From the IMG/VR virus record IMGVR_UViG_2645727991_000020: 17,248 nucleotides of DNA; one strand, 5' to 3'. Below the pieces are notes generated by a model. It ran no database searches. It saw only the letters and a program-made list of their open reading frames with translations, and was not told the DNA's origin. The stretch comes from a virus. Its lineage: Duplodnaviria; Heunggongvirae; Uroviricota; Caudoviricetes. Each line of letters opens with the position of its first letter. Position 1 is the first letter of the stretch. The position numbers and the translations under genes were made by a program. Below are positions 9,302 to 16,807 of this stretch, piece after piece.

Positions 9302-9422
9302 AAAAGGTGTTGGTTCAGTTGGTTCAGTTGGTTCAATTTATAAAGGGTATTGTTTTATAAGGATTTTATTCTTTTTATTGAACCAACACTGAACCAACAA
9401 CACGGTATTTTGAACCAACACA
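9302..9422. repeat. iteron cluster A (origin-like)
   Basis: Three tandem 9-bp repeats ttggttcag / ttggttcag / ttggttcaa (about 9310-9336), an AT-rich spacer of roughly 40 bp, then three inverted copies tgaaccaaca (9379-9420). Confidence 0.7.
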
Positions 9423-9469
9423 ATGTGACTGAATTGATGCGCACAACACCTGGCTGGCATCAGAGAGTG

Positions 9470-9546
9470 TTTTACGAGACTTTCGTAAAATCCTGTGTAC
9501 AAGGGCGTGACGTTTTTGAAAGTGAGCACTACGAAATTTTCGTAGT
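9470..9546. promoter_or_regulatory. pair of TACGA-N5-TCGTA palindromes (candidate operator sites)
   Basis: ttttacgaGACTTtcgtaaaa (9470-9490) and actacgaaATTTtcgtagt (9528-9546) share identical half-sites TACGA / TCGTA with 5-bp spacers, centres about 57 bp apart. Confidence 0.4.
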
Positions 9547-9737
9547 TCAAAAAACAGCCTCTGAGAAGTTGTTATGCCTGTTCAGCAAACCATCCGCATA
9601 GCTGATCGCGAATCAAATTACCAATGGAGCCAGAAGCAAGGGCAGAACTGAAAAGCGCCTGCCGTGAAGAGTAATGCGACACCATAAATATAGTTTTTAG
9701 AGTCCATAAAAAACCTGTCAAAACCTGACACACAGAA

Positions 9738-9773
9738 CGACGCCACCAGCTACTGAGCGGTGGCATTTTTTTG
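9738..9773 (+). terminator. putative rho-independent terminator (plus strand)
   Basis: GC-rich stem gccacc (9742-9747) / ggtggc (9759-9764) followed by a run of seven T (9766-9772). It sits between the iteron/operator region and the downstream operon. Confidence 0.45.
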
Positions 9774-9867
9774 TGCTATTTGTTTCATATTCTGCAATTA
9801 CGATGATGAATATTGCGATTTGTGAAACTATAATAACTGTTGTTTTATACAGTTATAAGGGGGCGTT

Positions 9868-10029
9868 ATGGCTATTTCAGTAAAGCCGGTATTGATAAGT
9901 GAGAAGCAAATGGAAGCGATAAAGAAAATTCAGGAAGAGCAGCGTAAAAAATCAGGAATTGGAGTAGCGCCAACTCTGCATGAAATTGCACGAGGGTTAA
10001 TAGATAAGGCGCTGGCAGGCTGTATGTGA
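9868..10029 (+). CDS. small hypothetical protein (53 aa), possibly a ribbon-helix-helix-like DNA-binding protein
   Basis: Not in the supplied track (below its length cut-off). ATG at 9868 with a strong Shine-Dalgarno AAGGGGG 6 nt upstream; product MAISVKPVLISEKQMEAIKKIQEEQRKKSGIGVAPTLHEIARGLIDKALAGCM; TGA at 10027-10029. It sits 16 bp upstream of the four-gene operon. The RHH assignment is a guess from the strand-then-helix pattern. Confidence 0.45.
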   Translation: MAISVKPVLISEKQMEAIKKIQEEQRKKSGIGVAPTLHEIARGLIDKALAGCM

Positions 10030-10045
10030 AAATGGATGGCATCGC

Positions 10046-10507
10046 ATGGAACTAAAATTTATTGATAACCCTGTGCGATTACAGGCCTTTCTTAACGAGC
10101 CAGGCAATACCGAAAATATTGTTGAGCCGGGGCACACGTACTACATCAAGCCTGATGCGGTATATCTCGGCATCTACGAAGGATTAGTGCTGGCTGGCGT
10201 TCATGAAGTGCGTAACTTCTGGCATAGCGTTGTTGAATGCCATGCGGTGTACGACCCCGGATTCCGTGGTGAATATGCACTGCAAGGGCATCGATTATTC
10301 TGCAAATGGCTTCTCGAAAACTCACCATTCCTTAACAGCATCACTATGGTTCCTGACACCACGAAATATGGACGGGCAATTATCCGTTTGCTTGGCGCTA
10401 CCCGTGTTGGTCACCTTGATGATGCTTATATCAGATGTGGTAAACCCGTCGGCGTAACGCTTTATCAGTTAACTCGGCAACAATATAAGGAATTCAGCGA
10501 ATGTTAA
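10046..10507 (+). CDS. hypothetical protein (153 aa), first gene of a translationally coupled operon
   Basis: ATG at 10046; its stop (TAA 10505-10507) overlaps the next start (ATGTTAA). No motif recognised. Confidence 0.7.
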   Translation: MELKFIDNPVRLQAFLNEPGNTENIVEPGHTYYIKPDAVYLGIYEGLVLAGVHEVRNFWHSVVECHAVYDPGFRGEYALQGHRLFCKWLLENSPFLNSITMVPDTTKYGRAIIRLLGATRVGHLDDAYIRCGKPVGVTLYQLTRQQYKEFSEC

Positions 10508-11178
10508 TTACCCATATAGCTCATAAACATCTCAATCGTGCCGTATACGAAAAAGGCGGTGATGGTGGTGCCTCTAAAGCTCAGGCGAAGGCCCAGCAGC
10601 AGGCAATTGATTTGCAGCGCGAGCAGTGGAATACGGTGATGAATAATCTCAAGCCGTATGCAGAAGTCGGATTGCCTGCTTTACAACAACTGCAAGGACT
10701 GATGACTCTGGAAGGGCAGAATAAAGCCGCGAATGATTTCTTTGGTTCTGGTTTATATAAAACACAGGCAGATCAGGCCCGTTATCAGAACCTTGTCTCA
10801 GCAGAAGCTACCGGGGGGCTTGGCTCAACAGCTACCAGTAACCAGTTATCTTCCATTGCGCCCATGCTTTATAACAATTGGCTCAGTGGGCAAATGCAAA
10901 ATTATGGAAACCTGCTAAATGTCGGGATGAATGCGGCATCAGGGCAGGCAACAGCAGGGCAAAACTACGCCAATAATACCGGGCAACTCTTGCAGGGGCT
11001 TGGCGCTATTCGTGCAGGTCAGGCGCAGCAGCCATCCAGTCTTGCGCGTGGTATTGGTGGGGCGGCATCAGGCGCTTTAGCGGGTGCGCAACTTGGTTCC
11101 GTTGTTCCGGGTATAGGTAATGTCGCCGGGGCTATTGGTGGTGGGCTTATTGGTCTTGTTGGGGGGCTTGGATTCTAA
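10501..11178 (+). CDS. hypothetical protein (225 aa) with Gly-rich hydrophobic C-terminus; possible virion ejection/injection protein (P22 gp7-like by size and position)
   Basis: Start overlaps the upstream stop; C-terminus GIGGAASGALAGAQLGSVVPGIGNVAGAIGGGLIGLVGGLGF is membrane-active-like; Gln/Ala-rich low-complexity middle. The homology call is inference only. Confidence 0.7.
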   Translation: MLITHIAHKHLNRAVYEKGGDGGASKAQAKAQQQAIDLQREQWNTVMNNLKPYAEVGLPALQQLQGLMTLEGQNKAANDFFGSGLYKTQADQARYQNLVSAEATGGLGSTATSNQLSSIAPMLYNNWLSGQMQNYGNLLNVGMNAASGQATAGQNYANNTGQLLQGLGAIRAGQAQQPSSLARGIGGAASGALAGAQLGSVVPGIGNVAGAIGGGLIGLVGGLGF

Positions 11179-12599
11179 TGGCGACATGGCAACTTGGCGG
11201 GCTGCCTAGCATGGCACCGCAAAATGATAATGCTCCTCGTTCTTCCGTTCCTCAGCCTGTGCAGTATCAGCAGCACCCAAACGTAGGTTTAATGGCGCTA
11301 CAGGGGCTAAGAGGCGTTGCTGAGATTAATCAGCAGGCACGTCAACAACAGCGTAAAGCAGAGTTTCAGAAAGCATATGCCGGGGCTTTTGAGTCTGGAG
11401 ACAGAAACAAAATGCGCAGTCTTATTTCTGAGTATCCAGAAGAATTTGAAAGCGTTCAGAAAGGGATGGGCTTTATTGATGACGACCAGAGAAATTCTAT
11501 TGGTCATCTTGCGACTAGTGCTCAAATCGCATCTTCGCTCGGAACTGGGGCATTTGGAAAATTCATAGCAGATAACGAAGATGAAATGCGTCGCTTGGGA
11601 ATTTCTCCTGAGTCTGTTGCCGAAATGCATGTTAATGATCCACAGGGATTCCAGCGGCTTGCTGGTAGTATGGCACTGTTTTCTCTCGGTCATGAGAAGT
11701 ATTTCGATATCAAAGATCAAATGGAAGGTCGGGATATTGAGCGTGGCAAGTTGGCAGAGACAATCCGCAGCAATCAGGCTGGCGAAGCACTTCAGGCGAG
11801 AGGGCAGGATATTAGCCGAGCAAATGCGTTAACGTCAGCATATGCACCAACAGCAGCAATGCAGAATTACAATCAGTACGCTCAAATGTTAAAGGCGGAT
11901 CCAGAGGGGGCGGCGGCATTTGCGGCAGCGGCTGGAATTAATACAAACGCCAAAAAATTAATGAGTGTTAGAGAAAACGATGATGGCACTGTCACAAAAT
12001 ACTACACAGACGGAAGTGAAGAGCAGGGAAAACTAAACCAGCCAATATCTGGAGATGGGTTTCGTCCAATAGCTTTGCCAACAGCCCAAAAGATCATGGA
12101 AAAGTCGCCAGAAGGGGCTAAAAAAGCTGCTGGATTTGCATACAGGGTTAGGGATGCTCTTGATTCAATAGATACACTGAAAGACCAGCTTAGCCCACAG
12201 CGAGTGGCGATCATTAATAATGCTTTGGGTAATGGGACGCTGGCTAACTTAACGCTCAGCCCAACAGAGCAGCAATACGTTGTTAATGCTAATGACGCAA
12301 TAATGGCAATACTCCGTCAGGAAACAGGGGCAGCTATCGCACCTGCTGAAATGTCAAAATATTATCAAATGTATTTCCCTCAGCCTGGCGACTCCACAAA
12401 AACCATTGATACCAAGCGCCGGAAGATGGAAAACCAGTTCAATTCGCTGAAAGCTGCTTCTGGTCGAGCTTATGATGCTTTGCGGGTTATTTCAGCAGTT
12501 GACAGAGGAACTTCTTCTTCGTCGCAGACATTGCCGCAATCTGAGCAGGTATCACAGCCAGCAGCCAGCAGTAACTTTTCTTCACTATGGGGTGATTAA
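11178..12599 (+). CDS. hypothetical protein (473 aa); possible virion ejection protein (P22 gp20-like by size and position)
   Basis: TAATG overlap with the upstream gene; hydrophilic, Ala/Gln/Glu-rich. The size matches my recollection of gp20 at about 471 aa. Inference only. Confidence 0.7.
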   Translation: MATWQLGGLPSMAPQNDNAPRSSVPQPVQYQQHPNVGLMALQGLRGVAEINQQARQQQRKAEFQKAYAGAFESGDRNKMRSLISEYPEEFESVQKGMGFIDDDQRNSIGHLATSAQIASSLGTGAFGKFIADNEDEMRRLGISPESVAEMHVNDPQGFQRLAGSMALFSLGHEKYFDIKDQMEGRDIERGKLAETIRSNQAGEALQARGQDISRANALTSAYAPTAAMQNYNQYAQMLKADPEGAAAFAAAAGINTNAKKLMSVRENDDGTVTKYYTDGSEEQGKLNQPISGDGFRPIALPTAQKIMEKSPEGAKKAAGFAYRVRDALDSIDTLKDQLSPQRVAIINNALGNGTLANLTLSPTEQQYVVNANDAIMAILRQETGAAIAPAEMSKYYQMYFPQPGDSTKTIDTKRRKMENQFNSLKAASGRAYDALRVISAVDRGTSSSSQTLPQSEQVSQPAASSNFSSLWGD

Positions 12600-14704
12600 T
12601 GGCTAAAGCATGGAAAGATGTTATCGCCTCTCCACAGTATCAGGCGTTAGCACCAGAACAAAAAGCGCAGGCTCAGGAGCAATACTTCAATGAAGTCGTT
12701 GCCCCGCAAGCCGGAGAAAGTGTAGAGCAGGCTAAGCAGGCTTTTTATGCTGCCTATCCACTACCATCAACGAATGAAATAGACCGATCCCAATCAGCAA
12801 CTCAAAATATTCAACATACATCATCTGATAATTCTCTTGCGTCAGGGTATGCAAAGTTAGCTACTCAGCAAAGAGAGGGGCTTGAGCGTTCAGCAGAACA
12901 GGGAGCCAGTCTTGGGGCTGCGATGCGCGATGCTATAACAGGCGAAAGCCGAATGACTCCAGAGATGGAGAGACTGCAAAATGTCACCTCTGCCCCAGAA
13001 TTGAACTCACTAAGCATGGATGCCCTAAAGGCTGGATGGTCTCAACTTTTCGGCTCTGACGCGTCTCAGGAAAAGATTCTTCAGGGAATGGGGGCGACAT
13101 TAAGGCAGGATGAGAAGGGGAATACTATCGTTTCTCTGCCATCAGGTGATTATGCCCTGAACAAGCCGGGTTTATCACCGCAAGACCTGACTTCGTTTCT
13201 TGCTAATGCGTTGGCGTTTACACCAGTGGGCAGGGCTGGAACGGTGCTTGGTGCCATAGGAAAATCAGCAGCTACAGATTTAGCACTACAGGGAGCCACC
13301 AGCCTTGCTGGTGGAGAAGATATTGATCCGTTACAAACGGTAATTTCTGCTGGCATTGGTGGTATTGGTAAGGGGCTGGAAAATACAGCGAGTGCGGTTT
13401 CGAGGGCTGTTCGTGGTGATATGTCGCCTGAAGCAAAGGCTGCTGTCGACTTTGCATCGGAAAGAAATCTGCCGTTAATGACCAGTGACATGCTGAAAGA
13501 TAAAACCTTTATGCAGAGTCAGGCTCAGACATTAGGCGAAAGAGTTCCTTTTTTTGGAACCGGTAAGAATCGGCTGAATCAACAACAAGCACGAGAAAAT
13601 TTAGTCAGAACATTTAGCGATGGTCTGGGTGGCATTTCTGATAAACAGCTTTATGAATCTGCGACTAAAGGGCAACAAAAATTCATTGAGGCAGCAGGAA
13701 AGCGATATAACCGCATAATTGACGCTATGGGGGATACCCCTGTCGATCTCTCAAACACGGTAAAAGCTATCGACAATCAGATTGCCGTGTTAAGCCGCCC
13801 GGGCAAATCTCAGGATAGAGCCGCGGTAAAAGTCTTGCAGCAATTTAAAGACGATATCACCAGCGGACCAAATGACCTGCGTCTGGCGAGGGAAAACAGA
13901 ACCGATCTTCGAAAGCGATTTATGGCGTCATCTGACACTGTTGATAAAGATACGCTCCAGAAAGCCAGCGATATTATCTACAAGGCATATACGGCGGATA
14001 TGAAAAAAGCCGTAGCCAAAAATCTTGGAGCAGACGAAGCCATTAATATGGCAAGGGTTGATCGCTCATGGTCTAAATTCAATGATATGATGGGAAGAAC
14101 GCGCGTTCAAAAGGCAATAGCCAGCGGCAAGGCCACGCCTGAGGATGTAACAAAACTCGTTTTTAGCCAAAGCCCATCAGAACGTTCTCAGCTTTACAGG
14201 CTTCTGGATGACAATGGTAGGCAAAACGCACGAGCAGCCATAGTTCAGAATGCTGTAGATAAGGCGACTGATCCGTCTGGAAATATCAGTGTTGAGAAGT
14301 TTATTAATGCGTTACACCGGAACAGGAAGCAATCAGCAACTTTCTTTAAAGGCGTACATGGAAAGGAACTGGACGGCGTTATTAAATACCTCAACGATAC
14401 AAGACACGCGGCAAAAGCGAACGTTCAAAACTTAAATGGTCAGCAGCTTTATGGATTGTTAGTTGGTGGTGGCATCATAAACGCAGCAGTATTAGCGGGG
14501 ATGCTAAAAACGGCTGCGTTTGTTGTTCCTGCTGCTGGTGCCGTAGGCGGAGCAGCGAAGGCATACGAAAGCCCTGTTATACGAAATGCCTTGTTACGTC
14601 TGGCAAATACGCCAAAAGGTAGCACAGCATATGACAGAGCGATCAGTACGGTCACACAATCGCTCACCAGAGTCGCACAGGCATCACAAAAAGAAGCTCA
14701 ATAA
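12599..14704 (+). CDS. hypothetical protein (701 aa) with C-terminal hydrophobic segment; possible virion ejection protein (P22 gp16-like by position)
   Basis: TAATG overlap with the upstream gene; a hydrophobic stretch LYGLLVGGGIINAAVLAGMLKTAAFVVPAAGAVGGAA lies near the C-terminus; stop TAA at 14702-14704 is followed by a hairpin and T-run. Confidence 0.7.
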   Translation: MAKAWKDVIASPQYQALAPEQKAQAQEQYFNEVVAPQAGESVEQAKQAFYAAYPLPSTNEIDRSQSATQNIQHTSSDNSLASGYAKLATQQREGLERSAEQGASLGAAMRDAITGESRMTPEMERLQNVTSAPELNSLSMDALKAGWSQLFGSDASQEKILQGMGATLRQDEKGNTIVSLPSGDYALNKPGLSPQDLTSFLANALAFTPVGRAGTVLGAIGKSAATDLALQGATSLAGGEDIDPLQTVISAGIGGIGKGLENTASAVSRAVRGDMSPEAKAAVDFASERNLPLMTSDMLKDKTFMQSQAQTLGERVPFFGTGKNRLNQQQARENLVRTFSDGLGGISDKQLYESATKGQQKFIEAAGKRYNRIIDAMGDTPVDLSNTVKAIDNQIAVLSRPGKSQDRAAVKVLQQFKDDITSGPNDLRLARENRTDLRKRFMASSDTVDKDTLQKASDIIYKAYTADMKKAVAKNLGADEAINMARVDRSWSKFNDMMGRTRVQKAIASGKATPEDVTKLVFSQSPSERSQLYRLLDDNGRQNARAAIVQNAVDKATDPSGNISVEKFINALHRNRKQSATFFKGVHGKELDGVIKYLNDTRHAAKANVQNLNGQQLYGLLVGGGIINAAVLAGMLKTAAFVVPAAGAVGGAAKAYESPVIRNALLRLANTPKGSTAYDRAISTVTQSLTRVAQASQKEAQ

Positions 14705-14708
14705 CTGG

Positions 14709-14731
14709 TTAGCCATGGATGGCTAATTTTT
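14709..14731. terminator. putative terminator shared by the convergent operon and membrane-protein gene
   Basis: Palindrome ttagccat-gg-atggctaa (14709-14726) followed by TTTTT (14727-14731), directly after the stop of the 701-aa gene and overlapping the stop of the minus-strand gene. Confidence 0.4.
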
Positions 14732-15142
14732 GTTCTTTGCTCTCATCCATAGGTAAAGAAGGGAAAGAACAAGACAAAAAACAGAGAATAGATAACCTAC
14801 CTCATATGGTGCGCCAAAAAAATTAGCTATTGATACGGGCAAAAAAGCTGAGGCGATCAAAATTGAAAGGCAAAAAATAAGCCCAGTAATATAGTTTATT
14901 AAATTCTTAAATGAGAAACGTTTTGCTTGATTTACGGTCTTAACGAACGATCGCTTAACGACGGATAAAAGCAAATAGATGGCGACAGTTGCTAATGCCC
15001 CTTTCCACCAGTCTGGATATAGTTTTGCGACAATCAGACCAAGGAAAACCATGATGACAGCCTGAGCATTCACACCAACCCTCCCTTTAGCTTTGTTTAG
15101 AATGGCAATCATCATATATCCAAGACATGGCATTTGGTACAT
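14723..15142 (-). CDS. small integral membrane protein (about 115-139 aa); candidate superinfection-exclusion-type moron
   Basis: Three to four hydrophobic helices (VIMVFLGLIVAKL, ATVAIYLLLSVV, ITGLIFCLSILIASAFL, LFSVFCLVLSLLYLW). The likelier start is an in-frame GTG at 15073, preceded by AGGGAGG, rather than the track ATG at 15142. Convergent with the operon. Confidence 0.6.
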   Translation of the reverse strand: MYQMPCLGYMMIAILNKAKGRVGVNAQAVIMVFLGLIVAKLYPDWWKGALATVAIYLLLSVVKRSFVKTVNQAKRFSFKNLINYITGLIFCLSILIASAFLPVSIANFFGAPYEVGYLFSVFCLVLSLLYLWMRAKNKN

Positions 15143-16106
15143 AGCTTGGGTCGGGATTTCAAATCCGATCCCCGTTGATGGGGCCGTTACAGTACGCGCA
15201 TATCCGCTTTATGTGAAACAGGAAGATTTTTCTGATATCACTGCCACAGCAAAACACCAATTTCGAGACAAGTACGCGCGCGAGGGGTATCAGTTGCAAA
15301 AAATTTTGCAACTACGTCCGACCAGTATGCACACGATGGCGGAGGGATACCATAAAACTGTTCTCTACATGAGACAGAGTGGTGGTGATGTGTTGATTAT
15401 CGGCGTATATGCGCACAGGACGCGCTATGACGATGTTTTATGCGGGTACACCAATCACATGTATCTGGTGTGATAAATCGCGTTACATGACCTCTCATGT
15501 TGTACTGGTGGTTATCACGACGTTCTGAATCTGGCCTTTGCCTGGTATTTTGCGACAAGTACGCGCGCGTAGCATCGAAATAATCGGATGGCGTATGCTG
15601 CTGGTAATATGAAGACCGATAGCATTAACCGTAAGGAGAAAGACTTCTCGATAACGGCAAGGGGGCTGAATTGCGAGGCGAGATTAAGCAACTGTCTTGA
15701 ACGTAAAAATCATGGAGCAACATGATGGTACGATTCATTCCATTCTTCGTTCTTTCTGAGCATTGCGTTCAGGCTTAGTCAAAATTAGTGTTGCGAGCGG
15801 ACCTATTAGTAATTGTTGGTGCGATGCGTCTGTTATGGATTGTTATGGTTGTGGCAGGCCTGATTAATATCCAGTATGACCACCAGCTATGAGAGGCCAC
15901 CTCAGTGGTTCGCAGTTGCAGGTTTGCACTCAGGTTCGCAGGGTTTTGGCTACTTTCACGTGCGAACCTGCAGAATTGCAAAGGACAACTAAGTCCTCTG
16001 GCCAACTCCCGGTTTATGAGCGACACAGTCCGCCTGGCGCATCGTTTTCGTCGAGTGCGCCCATCAGCTTGTCCATGGACTATCCACCACTCGATATTAA
16101 AGCTAA

Positions 16107-16292
16107 TCATTGGTTGCCAGCCCGCGAATCAAGTTTGTTCTGGATCCAAGCTTCAACCTCCTCAAGCGACCATCTAGCTGATCTACCAATTTTAACTGGC
16201 TGTGGAAACGTGCCCGTCTTAACCCATGAGTAGATTGCCGTTTTCTTGAAGCCCGTTCTGAGCATGACTTCGCTTAATTTGATAAGGCGCAT
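16107..16292 (-). CDS. alpA: AlpA-family phage regulatory protein (MerR-like DNA-binding / excisionase-type)
   Basis: 61-aa product MRLIKLSEVMLRTGFKKTAIYSWVKTGTFPQPVKIGRSARWSLEEVEAWIQNKL has the AlpA helix-turn-helix signature. A strong SD (GAGGAG) lies upstream of the ATG at 16292. Confidence 0.85.
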   Translation of the reverse strand: MRLIKLSEVMLRTGFKKTAIYSWVKTGTFPQPVKIGRSARWSLEEVEAWIQNKLDSRAGNQ

Positions 16293-16341
16293 AGAGGCTC
16301 CTCTGCTTTAGATTAAGCATAGTGACAATCTGGCTTTGGGT

Positions 16342-16376
16342 GGTATCCAAAAGCGAGGTATCCATGTTGGTATCCA
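16342..16376. promoter_or_regulatory. three direct GGTATCCA repeats in the alpA upstream / divergent promoter region
   Basis: GGTATCCA at 16342-16349, 16357-16364 and 16369-16376 (spacing 15 and 12 bp), 50-85 bp upstream of the alpA start. A second direct pair TTCACGCA lies near 16455-16475. Confidence 0.35.
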
Positions 16377-16543
16377 CCAAAACGCTGTTTACCAAAAAGT
16401 TACCACCGGAACAGGACATTTTGAGCTGTAACTTAACACATAGCATATGGAGTTCACGCATAGACTTCACGCACAACGGCTCTGGCCAGTGAAGAATCAC
16501 CCTGGCTAGCAATATAATGCCGATCACCATCAGAGGGGAATCC

Positions 16544-16735
16544 ATGACACCACGAGAAATCGAGCTGCTGACCATTGCCAAGCTGGAGCATGGCGGCCAC
16601 CAGCTCAGCCCGGCAGAACTGCGGGAATTAAGGCGCCAGCTGGCAGAGGGCCCTGTAATAGCCAGGCGGTACCGCGAAATGATGACCAGCCCCGCATATC
16701 GCTGGAGCAAACCAGCGCCGCTCCGTGCGCGGTGA
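16544..16735 (+). CDS. small hypothetical protein (63 aa), divergent from alpA
   Basis: ATG at 16544 with SD AGAGGGG upstream and a TATAAT-like hexamer at 16513-16518; product MTPREIELLTIAKLEHGGHQLSPAELRELRRQLAEGPVIARRYREMMTSPAYRWSKPAPLRAR. The track start at 16517 is an in-frame upstream ATG without an SD. No family recognised. Confidence 0.45.
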   Translation: MTPREIELLTIAKLEHGGHQLSPAELRELRRQLAEGPVIARRYREMMTSPAYRWSKPAPLRAR

Positions 16736-16807
16736 GCAGCACCTAACCAGCACTAGACAAGCCCTGTGCTGGTGGATGTCCCTCATAATTAGCGGTTTTT
16801 AAACGGC

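Noticed and set aside
9302-9422. Short direct repeats considered as a possible CRISPR array
   Set aside because: Repeat unit is only 8-9 bp with no unique spacers of 30-40 bp between copies; the 3+3 inverted arrangement around an AT-rich core fits iterons, not CRISPR.
9338-9766. Track ORFs 9338..9550 (-), 9350..9601 (+) and 9572..9766 (-)
   Set aside because: They run across the iterons, the palindromic operator-like sites and a terminator hairpin; mutually overlapping, no RBS; the region is better explained as regulatory or origin DNA.
10146-13491. Track ORFs 10146..10328 (-), 10203..10457 (+), 10733..10918 (+), 11307..11720 (-), 11317..11568 (+), 11581..11832 (+), 12002..12214 (-), 13150..13491 (-) and 13272..13457 (-)
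   Set aside because: Nested within the long translationally coupled operon genes in other frames or antisense.
14449-14667. 72-aa minus-strand ORF inside the 701-aa gene
   Set aside because: Antisense to the Gly/Ala-rich hydrophobic coding segment; the composition mirrors the sense strand.
15121-15175. Possible tRNA or tmRNA 3'-end fragment (GGGATTTCAAATCCGATCCCC)
   Set aside because: Folds only as a simple imperfect hairpin; no T-loop consensus and no acceptor stem on either strand.
15093-15473. 126-aa plus-strand ORF (or 87 aa from GTG at 15213), fleeting resemblance to a RelE/ParE-type toxin
   Set aside because: No SD at either start, the 5' part overlaps the membrane-protein gene, no partner antitoxin ORF, and it contains the 16-bp repeat and a palindrome. 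Not reportable as a gene; kept as a finding about the repeats.
15775-16233. Track ORFs 15775..16110 (-), 15889..16233 (+) and 15905..16177 (+)
   Set aside because: Mutually overlapping, overlapping alpA at one end, Arg/Ser/Pro-rich products, no start context; the region is better explained by the repeat cluster.
16219-16710. 163-aa minus-strand ORF spanning the alpA start and the divergent control region
   Set aside because: Overlaps alpA and the promoter repeats and is antisense to the SD-supported 63-aa ORF; Ser/Leu-rich product with no motif.
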